Shown: piece by piece, positions 1 through 8,644 of the stretch
Position numbering within the stretch: the first letter of the stretch is position 1
Layout of the letters: the number at the start of each line of letters is the position of its first letter
From: Patescibacteria group bacterium
GTDB lineage: Bacteria; Patescibacteriota; Microgenomatia; 0-14-0-10-38-17
Assembly (NCBI GenBank): GCA_050953885.1
Contig: JBMNNJ010000001.1
Location: 463,437 to 527,436, forward strand
DNA: 64,000 bases
Direction: 5' to 3'
The notes under the pieces: model-generated
Seen by the model: the letters and a program-made list of their open reading frames with translations, nothing else
Told to the model about the DNA's origin: nothing
The model's database searches: none
Made by a program: the position numbers and the translations under genes

Positions 1-1
1 G

Positions 2-2764
2 ACAAGTCCGGGGCAAAAGTTACATGTGCAGGGTACTATTCAAGTTGGTAGCTCTACTTCTGGCGGAAACTTCTACCAAGATGCCCAAACTGGTTGGGAA
101 AGCGTAGTATCTGTTTATCGTGCAGGAGTGCTGAAAAGCGGAATAACAACAAATGGAAACGATGCAATTGGTTTATCAACAGGTGGTATCGCTTGGACTA
201 ATGCAAAATTGGCAATTTTAGGAAACGGCAATGTCGGCATCGGGACGACGAGTCCGGGGGCGAAGTTAGATGTGAGAGCGGGGAATCTTCGAGTTTATGG
301 CGGTAGTGATATTATCTTGCAAGACGACTCAACCGATCCTGGAGATTTGATATTTAGAGATAGTAGTAACACTGAATATGGAAGAGTCTATTCAGCAAGC
401 GGCGGGGCCCTTCATTTAAGTGGTGGTTCAAATACAGATGCTGAACTTACCGTTTATGATTCTGGAGCAATTTATTTCAACTCCGGCATTGGCAACAGAA
501 CCTCGCAGTATCACCAACTACACATCGATGCCGGGACCTGGGAGGTTTTCCGATATAGCTCCAGCCGAAAACTCAAATCAAACATAACTGATTTAGAAAT
601 TGACTCCTCAAAGATATACGACCTCCACCCGGTTTCTTTCACTCCTAACGATAACCCGGATATTAGGAATTTTGGGTTTATTGCCGAGGAGGCTATTGAA
701 ATAATTCCCGACTTGGTCTTGCTTGAGGCCGACGGTAGTCCTGGAGGTTTTCGATACGCCGATTTAAGCGTGCTTATACTTAACGAAATGATCAAGCAAA
801 AACCCATTATAGACAATATTTCCCTTGAATCAATTGACGATTTTAAGCCCAAGGAGGCTAGCGATTCTGCCTTCAGTTTAGTAAAAAAATCTACCGAGAA
901 AATAATTAAAAATGCCGCAGTTTTTGCCGAATTAGCGACAGCCAAGATTTATTCTGGACTTGTCGAAACCACTAACCTTATCACTGATAATTTGACCGCT
1001 AAAAGAATCACCAGCGAGGAGGTTATTTCGCCCCTTATTGAGACCGAGGAGATTAAGTTTAGCGAAAATGCCCGCCTTCGCCAAGGCTCCGGCGGGCAGG
1101 CAAAAGTAGCCATCGTTAATGCTGACGATGAGCCGACAGCGGAGTTTAACACGGAAACAAAAGAAACCACCCTCTTTGGCGACTTGGAGGTGGGCGGCAA
1201 TGTCGGTATTGGGCAGGAAGTCAGCGCCCCCAAGGCCAGCTTTGGCGATTTGCTGGCGCAAAAGATTAACACGGATGAAATTCAGGCAAACACGATTCAC
1301 GCGGATACGGCGCAGATTAGCGCGGATGCGACTATTTCCGGGACTTTATACGTTGACCGCGTGGTGGCCCGGCAGGGAGGGTTTGGAGAATTATTGGCGG
1401 AGAACATCAGCATGGACAGCATAAAGTCTATTGTTAAAGAAGAGGTAGGGATCCTGAATTCCACCCAAGGCGGACAGGCAAGCCAGGATGACGGGGGCGG
1501 AAGTCAGGATGATGATGTTCTTAGCCGTCATTCTGACGAAAGTCAGAATCTGGACAGCGGAGAACCAAGCCAAGAAGAATTCGACCTTCAGGCGCTTTTG
1601 GCAAAAGTGGAGGAATGGGCGGGGACAAGCGCTAAGAACGACTTAACGCTTGAGTGCACAACTGGGGCAGAAAACCAGATCCTGAATCAAGTTCAGGATG
1701 ACGGTTCGGTGGTGAGTCAGAATGACGAGGGCGGGGTGGTTCAGGATGACGAGGGCGGGGTGGTTCAGGATGACGGGAATCTTAATAGTCATCCTGACGA
1801 AAGTCAGGATCAAACCTTAAACCAAGCCCAAAAGAAAAACCTTTGCCTAGTGGATACCGACTTTACCGTTTTGGGCGGGCGGACCTCTCTGGCCGACACT
1901 GCCATCGCCGGCCAACTTTCCGTGGGCAGTTTAGTGATTAACAATAATTCCCTTGATGTTTTAGGCGACACTTTATACATTCAAAAATTAGCCATGGGAG
2001 GGCTGGACATCTTAAACGGCAAACTCACCGTGGACATTGACGGCAATGTCTTTATCGCCGCTCATTTAACCGTGGGCGGGGGCCTGGCCACCAACGAGAT
2101 TAGGCCGATGGAAGGGGGAGATATAACCTTCAATCTGGCTAACGTCATCCCAGACCCGATCCGGGATCAGGGAGAAACAGATCCTGACTTTCGTCAGGAT
2201 GACGGGGGTGGGGCGGTTCAGGATGACGGGAACGAGACGGGAAATAACACGGGATTTGGAAAGTTGTTAGTGAAGGGAATAAATAACGAAACGGTTGCCT
2301 CAATTGACGCCTCCGGCGCGGCCGAGTTTAAAGAGATAGCCACGGATTTATTGCGAATCAACGCGGATAAAGAAGCATCCGAATCAGCCCTCCTTATTGC
2401 CGCCGGCGAGAATTTTGAAAATATCGGCATTCAGGCACCGGGGATCAAGACCAACGCCACCGCCGGCGAGGCCACCCTACCGGCCGGAGAGAAAGAAATA
2501 ATTATCTATAATGACAAACTAACCGACCAGTCGCTGGTTTACCTCACCCCCACCGCGGACACTGGAAACAAAATTTTGTATGTCAAAGAAAAGGTAGGCA
2601 ACACGAATCAAGAACACGAATCAAACGAAAGAGACACGAAATTAACGAATGAAAACGAATTAAACGAATGGAACACGAATGAAACGAATGGTGGATATTT
2701 CGTAGTAGGGCTAAACGAAGCGCTTAACTGGGACGTACGGTTTAACTGGTGGATTATTAACTGA
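2..2764 (+). CDS. Tail-fibre/tail-spike-like repeat protein with an internal intramolecular-chaperone (Peptidase_S74-like) domain. The 5' end is truncated by the window edge, and the ORF carries in-frame insertions of intergenic repeat modules.
   Basis: The reading frame is open from nt 2 with no upstream stop. It contains TSPGxKLxV/NVGIG beta-helix-like repeats. The S74 chaperone signature is SSSRKLKSNITDLE...HPVSF...FGFIAEE...DGSPGGFRYADLSVLILNEMIK. Three low-complexity QDDGG/DPDFRQDD segments are encoded by repeat words, and the last ~30 aa are encoded by the acgaa linker array. Confidence 0.55.
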   Translation, partial: TSPGQKLHVQGTIQVGSSTSGGNFYQDAQTGWESVVSVYRAGVLKSGITTNGNDAIGLSTGGIAWTNAKLAILGNGNVGIGTTSPGAKLDVRAGNLRVYGGSDIILQDDSTDPGDLIFRDSSNTEYGRVYSASGGALHLSGGSNTDAELTVYDSGAIYFNSGIGNRTSQYHQLHIDAGTWEVFRYSSSRKLKSNITDLEIDSSKIYDLHPVSFTPNDNPDIRNFGFIAEEAIEIIPDLVLLEADGSPGGFRYADLSVLILNEMIKQKPIIDNISLESIDDFKPKEASDSAFSLVKKSTEKIIKNAAVFAELATAKIYSGLVETTNLITDNLTAKRITSEEVISPLIETEEIKFSENARLRQGSGGQAKVAIVNADDEPTAEFNTETKETTLFGDLEVGGNVGIGQEVSAPKASFGDLLAQKINTDEIQANTIHADTAQISADATISGTLYVDRVVARQGGFGELLAENISMDSIKSIVKEEVGILNSTQGGQASQDDGGGSQDDDVLSRHSDESQNLDSGEPSQEEFDLQALLAKVEEWAGTSAKNDLTLECTTGAENQILNQVQDDGSVVSQNDEGGVVQDDEGGVVQDDGNLNSHPDESQDQTLNQAQKKNLCLVDTDFTVLGGRTSLADTAIAGQLSVGSLVINNNSLDVLGDTLYIQKLAMGGLDILNGKLTVDIDGNVFIAAHLTVGGGLATNEIRPMEGGDITFNLANVIPDPIRDQGETDPDFRQDDGGGAVQDDGNETGNNTGFGKLLVKGINNETVASIDASGAAEFKEIATDLLRINADKEASESALLIAAGENFENIGIQAPGIKTNATAGEATLPAGEKEIIIYNDKLTDQSLVYLTPTADTGNKILYVKEKVGNTNQEHESNERDTKLTNENELNEWNTNETNGGYFVVGLNEALNWDVRFNWWIIN

Positions 2765-2924
2765 GACACGAATTAAACGAATGGAACACGAAACCAAACG
2801 AATAGAAACGAATCAAACGAAAGGAGAATGAATAAAAGCGAATAAGAGACACGAATTAAACGAAAGAAACACGAATCCAAACGAATGAAAACGAATTAAA
2901 CGAAAGAAAACGAATGGAACGAAA
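2595..2924. repeat. Gene-3' linker array: 10-11 bp phased (a)acgaaNNNN units in the sense orientation cacgaat. It begins inside the 3' end of ORF1.
   Basis: There are about 28 units, cacgaattaa / acgaatggaac / acgaaaccaa and so on. The pattern begins inside the ORF1 3' end, and about 15 units follow the stop. The outer end gacacgaattaaacgaatgg is shared with the array at 3339-3440. Confidence 0.8.
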
Positions 2925-3338
2925 ATGATTTTACACAAAGAATTAAGTTACCAAATAATTGGCGCCGTTTATAACACCAGAAAAATTTATGGCCCCGGTC
3001 AGAAAGAAATTGTTTACCAAAAAGGCCTTGCCGAAGAGTTAAAAGAAAATAATATTCCCTATAAGAGAGAGGTAAACATTAATATTATTTCTCCCAAAAG
3101 CGGCCGTATTTTGAGCAATTATCGGGTTGATTTTGTTATTAAAGAAAGGGTAATTTTGGAATTAAAATCATTAAAATTCCTCCCTCAAAAAATGGAGCAA
3201 CAGTTGTATTCCTACCTTCGTTCAACACCCTATGAAGTTGGATATTTAATTAATATGGGTGGCCCCGAAATTGACATTAAGCGGGTTATCCTCACCAATG
3301 ACCGCAAACCCTATCTCCACCTCTTTCACGTTCGTTAG
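2925..3338 (+). CDS. GxxExxY family protein (PD-(D/E)XK_3-type putative nuclease)
   Basis: It has the motif GQKEIVY (G-x-x-E-x-x-Y) followed by YRVDFVI...ILELKS, which is typical of PDDEXK_3. The gene is nested between inverted acgaa linker arrays. Confidence 0.55.
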   Translation: MILHKELSYQIIGAVYNTRKIYGPGQKEIVYQKGLAEELKENNIPYKREVNINIISPKSGRILSNYRVDFVIKERVILELKSLKFLPQKMEQQLYSYLRSTPYEVGYLINMGGPEIDIKRVILTNDRKPYLHLFHVR

Positions 3339-3440
3339 ATTCGTTTCTATTCGTTTTATTCGTGTCTCATTCGTTAAATTCGTTTTCTTTCGTTAAATTC
3401 GTGTCCTTCGTGTCCCATTCGTTTAATTCGTGTCCCATTC
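3339..3440. repeat. Inverted copy of the linker array (attcgtg orientation)
   Basis: Its reverse complement begins gaatgggacacgaattaaacgaatgggacacgaa and ends aacgaatagaaacgaat, matching the two ends of the 2765-2924 array. Confidence 0.8.
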
Positions 3441-5444
3441 TTCAAACAGCGGGTCGGCGGGAGTGGGACTAGGAGAAGGCAATTCTTGCGGCTGAATTTC
3501 CGGCACCATTTCTTCTTCTGGCCCTACCGGAATTTCCGGCGCCGCTTCCTCGGGAGGCAGTTGGATTGGCGAGGCTTGCGGCGTCGGTAGCGCCGGGGGT
3601 TCCTGCAATTGCCCGCCGGCCTCCTCTTCCTCTACCACCGTTTCTTCTTTCTTGGGCAATTTTTCCTCCATCTCTTTCAGCTCTTCCTGAACCTTTTCAA
3701 AGTCCGCCGAAGCCGGCTCCGTTAAGGAAAGCACCGTCTGCAGTTCCAAGGCCGCCTTCTCCCACTTTTCCTGCGCCTTATAAGCAGCCGCTAAATTATA
3801 ATGGGCGTTGGCATGATCCGGCTTTAACTCCACCGCAATTTCAAACTGGCGCTGGGCCGATTCAAAATCGCCTAAGGCGTAATATAACCCTCCCCAGGCA
3901 ATCCGCAAATTGGGATTAACCGGATCAAGTAAAACCGCCTGACGAAGCGAGTCAAGCGCCCACTGCTGGGCCCCTTCGGCCACGCCGATAATCTGCTGAT
4001 AAATTTGGGATAGGCTATACCAGTTGTCAGCCTTCAGGGGATTGGCCGCGGCGGCCGCTTTGCCCTCCCGAATTGCCTGCTGGATTAAAATGCTCACCTG
4101 TTGTTTATCCTGATCGCTTAAATTTTCCTGCTGGGAAAGAGCGTTGGCTAAAGCCAAATTGGTGTTGGCATAGGCCAAATGATAAAAATCCTGATAGGGG
4201 TTTTTCTCCAACGCTTCAATTTGTAAGTTATAAGCATTGCCGCCCTCGCCACGGTCGAAAGCCTCCAGGGAACGGGAGAAAACCGCATCCGCTCCTAAAA
4301 GCCGGCCATACCACCAGCCCAAAGCAATAAGAGCCAAAAGGGGAATAAAAGCGATTTGGGGGGAATAAGAACGAGAAAAGGCTTTTTCTCCCCTCACCTC
4401 CCCCAACAAAACAAAGAAAAGCACCCATAAAACCAAATCAAAGGGAAGAAAAAGACCGGCTACGGCAAGAAAAATAAAAGCCGGCGAAAGGTTTTTAAAA
4501 CCTCTTCGGGAAACTTTAACCAGCAAAAACAAAAACGATCCCAAGCCCAAAAGCCCCACCTCGGTTAACAAGTTTAAATATTCATTAAAAGAAGAGGGAA
4601 AAAGGGCGTTCCAAAAAGAAGTGGCGTTTACCGCCGCCGGCCGAAAACGGGTATAGGCTTGGGAAAAATTCTCCGGCCCGGCGCCGAAAAAAGCGCTTTG
4701 CCAAGTTTTAAAATTCTCCACCGCCACCACCCAAGCCACCTGAGGAGAAAGCAAAACCGGCTTAGCCTCCACCAAGTTTATTCCCCCCAAAACCAAGCCT
4801 AAAACCAAAACCACCATCGCCGCCAAGGCCGCAAACGGCTGCCAAGTTAACTTTTCCTGGGAACGAAAATGACGGACAACAATTGCAAGTAAATAAACAA
4901 GGCTGGCCAAAACAAAAACCAGCGCCGAAAAAATAGAACCGGTGGGGCTCCAGACCTTATTTTCCAAGAAAGGCCACGAAAACCATTTTTTAAGCACCCC
5001 CAGATATTGGCCCATTAAAACTAACGCTAAAAATAGGGCCGAAATTGTGGCCGGCAGTTGGGGGTTGGCCTTTGGCAGTTGGGCCAAAAGAAAAGCCAAA
5101 AGAAAACCACCCAAGACAATAGCCGTTTTACTGCTTAAGGCGTTAATTTTAGTCGCCGCCGTGGGAGTAAAAAGAGAGGAAAGAGCAAAAACAGCCACCA
5201 AAGCAAGCGCCGGCCAAAACCAGCGGGGAAAGAAAAGGCTTACCTTTTCTTTTTTAAAAAATTTTTCCCCCAGAAAGATTAACCAGCCCACTAACGTTCC
5301 CCCTAAGAGAAGAGTGATTTTGGGAAGGTTGTAAGCATCAAATAAAGAAGGTACAAAGAAAAGAGGCAGAAGAAAAATAAGAAGATAAAGCCAAATTTTA
5401 AGAAGCCGGTTTTCGCCTTTGGCAACGGACAGCATTTCTTCCAT
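3423..5444 (-). CDS. O-antigen ligase/Wzy-like polytopic membrane protein with a C-terminal TPR region and a Pro/Glu-rich tail
   Basis: There are about 12 hydrophobic segments. A periplasmic loop reads FGAGPENFSQAYTRFRP, which is Wzy_C-like. TPR-like A/Y/L periodicity follows in the C-terminal third. Confidence 0.5.
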   Translation of the reverse strand: MEEMLSVAKGENRLLKIWLYLLIFLLPLFFVPSLFDAYNLPKITLLLGGTLVGWLIFLGEKFFKKEKVSLFFPRWFWPALALVAVFALSSLFTPTAATKINALSSKTAIVLGGFLLAFLLAQLPKANPQLPATISALFLALVLMGQYLGVLKKWFSWPFLENKVWSPTGSIFSALVFVLASLVYLLAIVVRHFRSQEKLTWQPFAALAAMVVLVLGLVLGGINLVEAKPVLLSPQVAWVVAVENFKTWQSAFFGAGPENFSQAYTRFRPAAVNATSFWNALFPSSFNEYLNLLTEVGLLGLGSFLFLLVKVSRRGFKNLSPAFIFLAVAGLFLPFDLVLWVLFFVLLGEVRGEKAFSRSYSPQIAFIPLLALIALGWWYGRLLGADAVFSRSLEAFDRGEGGNAYNLQIEALEKNPYQDFYHLAYANTNLALANALSQQENLSDQDKQQVSILIQQAIREGKAAAAANPLKADNWYSLSQIYQQIIGVAEGAQQWALDSLRQAVLLDPVNPNLRIAWGGLYYALGDFESAQRQFEIAVELKPDHANAHYNLAAAYKAQEKWEKAALELQTVLSLTEPASADFEKVQEELKEMEEKLPKKEETVVEEEEAGGQLQEPPALPTPQASPIQLPPEEAAPEIPVGPEEEMVPEIQPQELPSPSPTPADPLFEEWDTN

Positions 5445-5582
5445 ATCTTTATACTATTATAGAAGCGGGGAGGTGTCAAGAGATATATGCAACGTAAAGC
5501 GTAACTTGTAATGCGTAATAAGCAAGTGCAAAGCGCAAATATCAAAAATTAAAATACAAATGTAAAATGCAAAAAGTTAGTA

Positions 5583-5700
5583 ACTCGCAATAAGTAAATT
5601 CAAAATTTAAAATTCAAAATTGCAAGTCAAAAGTTAAAAGTTTTTTTTGCTTTACTTTTGAATTTTAACTTGTAATTTTGACTTTTAACTTTTGACTTTT
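5583..5700. repeat. Type-1 word hairpin (tcaaaag / ttaaaag / caaaat words)
   Basis: The left arm caaaatttaaaattcaaaattgcaagtcaaaagttaaaag is followed by a loop and then the right arm ttttgaattttaacttgtaattttgacttttaacttttgac. Confidence 0.7.
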
Positions 5701-5711
5701 AACTTTTAGTT

Positions 5712-5876
5712 ATTCGATTCTGCCCGCCAGGCGGCGGATTCGTCAGAATGACGGCCACGATTAGCGTCATTCTGAACTTGATTCAGAATCGTTATTGATA
5801 TCTAAAGAACGGTAGATCCTGACTTTCGTCAGGATGACAGCGACGGGGATGATTCTGTCTGCCAGCAGGTGGACAG
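5712..5876. repeat. Type-3 composite GC palindromic element
   Basis: Its modules are ccgccaggcggcgg, attcgtcagaatgacgg..cgtcattctga, ctgaacttgattcag, gatcctgactttcgtcaggatgac and gtctgccagcaggtggacag. Confidence 0.8.
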
Positions 5877-5996
5877 AAGTTAAAAGTTCTTTTGCTTTAC
5901 TTTTTAATTTTAACTTGTACTTTTGACTTTTAACTTTTGCCTTTTGAATTTTTTTCGTTCCCCATTCGTTTTAATTCGTGTTTTCCAATCCCGTGT

Positions 5997-7064
5997 TTAC
6001 TTTAAATACCCTAACGGATTAACGTTGCCCGCGGGGGCGCGGATTTCAAAGTGAAGATGAGTGCCGGTAGAGCGGCCGGTGGAACCCATTTGACCAATCA
6101 CCTGCCCCCGCAAAACCGCCTGACCGGCGGAAACCGCCACCGAAGAAAGATGACCATAAAGCGTTTTCGTGCCGTCCTGATGATCAATAATCACATGGAT
6201 ACCATAAGCTTGGGGGACGCCCCAACCGGCCTGAACTACCGTGCCTCCCTTGGCGGCCACCACCGCCGGCGCGCTACTGTTGGCGATATCAATCGCCTTA
6301 TGATACCAGGAATAGCCTTGGGAAATACTGCCGGTGGTAGGCCAAATAAAATCGCCTAAAGCGCCGGCTGCCGGCGGCGTCTGCGCCACCAAGGATGCGG
6401 GCGTTTGCGGCGCGGCCGGTTCCCACAACTTCACCTTCGGCTTTACCCCCCCGGGAATAATTAACTCCTGCCCCACCGCTAAAGCAAAAGTTTCGTCATT
6501 AGCAAAGGTGTTAAAAGGGAAATCAACAATCGCCTGCGCACTAACACCATAAGTTTTGGCCAAAGAATAAACCGTTTCTCCCCGCCGCACTGTATGAAGC
6601 ACGCCGGAAACCGGCAGAATGCGCAAAACCTGACCGGGCTTAATATCGTCAATCGAACCCAAATCATTGGCCCAGCGAATGGTATCTAAGGAAACGCCAA
6701 ATTTTTGGGCAATAGAGGAAGCCGTATCGCCCTCCACCACCGTATACTCCACCACTCCCCCCCGCTGATTCTCCCCCACGGCAGAAGCGCCTAAAACTTG
6801 AAAATTATTTCCCCCTATTCCCAAAACGGCTCCCTCCTGACCAAAATCTTCATCCTTAGGAGTTAAAAGAGGAGAAAGGGCAATCCCCGCAATTACCAAA
6901 ATGCCCACCGAAAAATGACTTATTGGCCGCGCCATTTTCCCCCGCCGCTGATAAAGAATTTCGGTAAGACCGGTTTTGGCTTCCTGAAAAAGGCCTAAGC
7001 TTATTAAAAAATGCCGACGAAAGAAAGAATACCAAGCACGGAGATAGGACAAGAGATCATTCAT
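5997..7064 (-). CDS. LysM-domain M23 family metallopeptidase
   Basis: There are two LysM-like segments (GDTASSIAQKFGVSLDTIRWAN and GETVYSLAKTYGVSAQAIVDFN). The C-terminal M23 motifs are HKAIDIA and GSTGRSTGTHLHFEI. Confidence 0.8.
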   Translation of the reverse strand: MNDLLSYLRAWYSFFRRHFLISLGLFQEAKTGLTEILYQRRGKMARPISHFSVGILVIAGIALSPLLTPKDEDFGQEGAVLGIGGNNFQVLGASAVGENQRGGVVEYTVVEGDTASSIAQKFGVSLDTIRWANDLGSIDDIKPGQVLRILPVSGVLHTVRRGETVYSLAKTYGVSAQAIVDFPFNTFANDETFALAVGQELIIPGGVKPKVKLWEPAAPQTPASLVAQTPPAAGALGDFIWPTTGSISQGYSWYHKAIDIANSSAPAVVAAKGGTVVQAGWGVPQAYGIHVIIDHQDGTKTLYGHLSSVAVSAGQAVLRGQVIGQMGSTGRSTGTHLHFEIRAPAGNVNPLGYLK

Positions 7065-7140
7065 ACTATGTATAATAAAAAACTCAAATGTTAAATCGCA
7101 AATCTCAAAACTACATGTTAAAACTTAAAACTAAAAACTC

Positions 7141-7300
7141 AATCCGCCCGCTGGCGGATTCGTCAGAATGACGGCAGCCGTGCCGTCATTCCGGACTTGA
7201 TCCGGAATCTGTGTTATTGTCAGAAAACGCAGATCCTGACTTTCGTCAGGATGACGTTTACAGCAGAATAATGTTATTCGCTCATTCGTGTCCATTCGTT
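7141..7300. repeat. Type-3 composite element, a direct copy relative to 5712-5876
   Basis: The modules are ccgcccgctggcgg, attcgtcagaatgacgg..ccgtcattc and gatcctgactttcgtcaggatgac, occurring in the same order. Confidence 0.8.
7232..7291. repeat. Left arm of a 60-bp perfect inverted repeat bracketing rho
   Basis: The sequence gatcctgactttcgtcaggatgacgtttacagcagaataatgttattcgctcattcgtgt is the exact reverse complement of 8585-8644. Confidence 0.9.
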
Positions 7301-7329
7301 TCTAATTCGTTTTTATTCGTGTTTTTTTC

Positions 7330-8544
7330 TTACCTTCTCCCCAAATTCTCCAAAAACTCCTCATTATTTTTGCTTTTGGCCAGCCGTTCTAAAATTACCT
7401 CGGTGCGCTCATCCGGCCCCAAAAGATCAATCATTTTCCTAAAAGTAACAATTTTGGGATAAAGCTTTTCGCCAAACAAAAGCTCCTCCTTGCGCGTGCC
7501 GGAACGCTGAAGATCAATGGCCGGGAAAACCCGCCGTTCCGCTAAGCGTCGATCCAGATGCAACTCCATGTTGCCGGTGCCCTTAAATTCCTCATAAATC
7601 AGGTCGTCCATTCGCGAGCCCGTGTCTACCAAGCAGGTGCCGATAATCGTCAGGCTGCCGCCATTTTCAATATTACGGGCGGCGCCAAAAAATTTCTTGG
7701 CCGGAAAAAGAGCCGCCGGATCAAAACCGCCGGAAAGAGTGCGACCAGAGGTAGGGATAGCTAAATTATAAGCCCGCGCCAAACGGGTAATGGAATCCAT
7801 CAGCAAGAAAACATCTCTGCCCATTTCTACCAAACGCTTGGCGCGCTCCAAAGCAATTTCCGCGGCAAAAGTTTGGTTTTCCGGCGATTCATCAAAATTA
7901 GAAGCGGCCACCTCCCCTTTTCCCCCGGTGATTTTTTTGACATGATGGCTAATATCGGTTACTTCCTCCGGCCGCTCGCCAATTAAAACCACCATCAAAT
8001 GAATTTCGGGATAATTAGCAGCCACTCCTTGGGCGATATCCTTTAAAAGCCAAGTTTTGCCTGCCTTGGGAGGAGAAACAATTAACCCCCGCTGGCCAAT
8101 GCCAATCGGCGCCACCAAATCAATCAGACGCGTGGAAAGAATCTCCGGCTTTGTTTCCAATTTTAACCAGCGATCGGGATAAACCGGCGGCAACTCTTCA
8201 AAAACCGGCCGCGTGCCCACTTCTTCCGCCGGCAGGCCGTTAATTTTTTCTACCCGCAAAAGGCCGTAATAGCGTTCATTTTCCTTGGGAGCGCGCACCT
8301 GACCGCCCACCATATCCCCTTCGCGCAGGCCAAACCGATAAACTTGAGAAGAGGAAACATAAATATCCTCCTCCGAGGGGGCAAAATGAGGCCGCAAATA
8401 GCCATGACCATCCTCGGCAATTTCCAAAACTCCCTCCCGATATTCGGTGGGTAAATTGGCGTCGGGAATGGGCAAACCAACTCCTTGAGACCTTTCCTCT
8501 TCGGGAATGCTCTTAACCGGTTGAGAAGAAAAATTAGAAGACAT
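7330..8544 (-). CDS. rho: Transcription termination factor Rho
   Basis: It has an N-terminal S1-like RNA-binding region and the Walker A motif [10 protein letters not shown]. The RecA-type core matches Rho throughout, ending in the characteristic [14 protein letters not shown] tail. Confidence 0.9.
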   Translation of the reverse strand: MSSNFSSQPVKSIPEEERSQGVGLPIPDANLPTEYREGVLEIAEDGHGYLRPHFAPSEEDIYVSSSQVYRFGLREGDMVGGQVRAPKENERYYGLLRVEKINGLPAEEVGTRPVFEELPPVYPDRWLKLETKPEILSTRLIDLVAPIGIGQRGLIVSPPKAGKTWLLKDIAQGVAANYPEIHLMVVLIGERPEEVTDISHHVKKITGGKGEVAASNFDESPENQTFAAEIALERAKRLVEMGRDVFLLMDSITRLARAYNLAIPTSGRTLSGGFDPAALFPAKKFFGAARNIENGGSLTIIGTCLVDTGSRMDDLIYEEFKGTGNMELHLDRRLAERRVFPAIDLQRSGTRKEELLFGEKLYPKIVTFRKMIDLLGPDERTEVILERLAKSKNNEEFLENLGRR

Positions 8545-8584
8545 CGTTAGAAAACACGAATTAAAACGAATTAAAAACGAATAA

Positions 8585-8644
8585 ACACGAATGAGCGAAT
8601 AACATTATTCTGCTGTAAACGTCATCCTGACGAAAGTCAGGATC
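8585..8644. repeat. Right arm of the 60-bp perfect inverted repeat bracketing rho
   Basis: The sequence is acacgaatgagcgaataacattattctgctgtaaacgtcatcctgacgaaagtcaggatc. Confidence 0.9.

Noticed and set aside
3566-5334. Several 85-130 aa ORFs antisense to the O-antigen-ligase-like gene (3566-3919, 4073-4330, 4942-5334)
   Set aside because: These are shadow ORFs within a long minus-strand CDS. They are Pro/Arg-rich, as is typical of GC-rich antisense frames.
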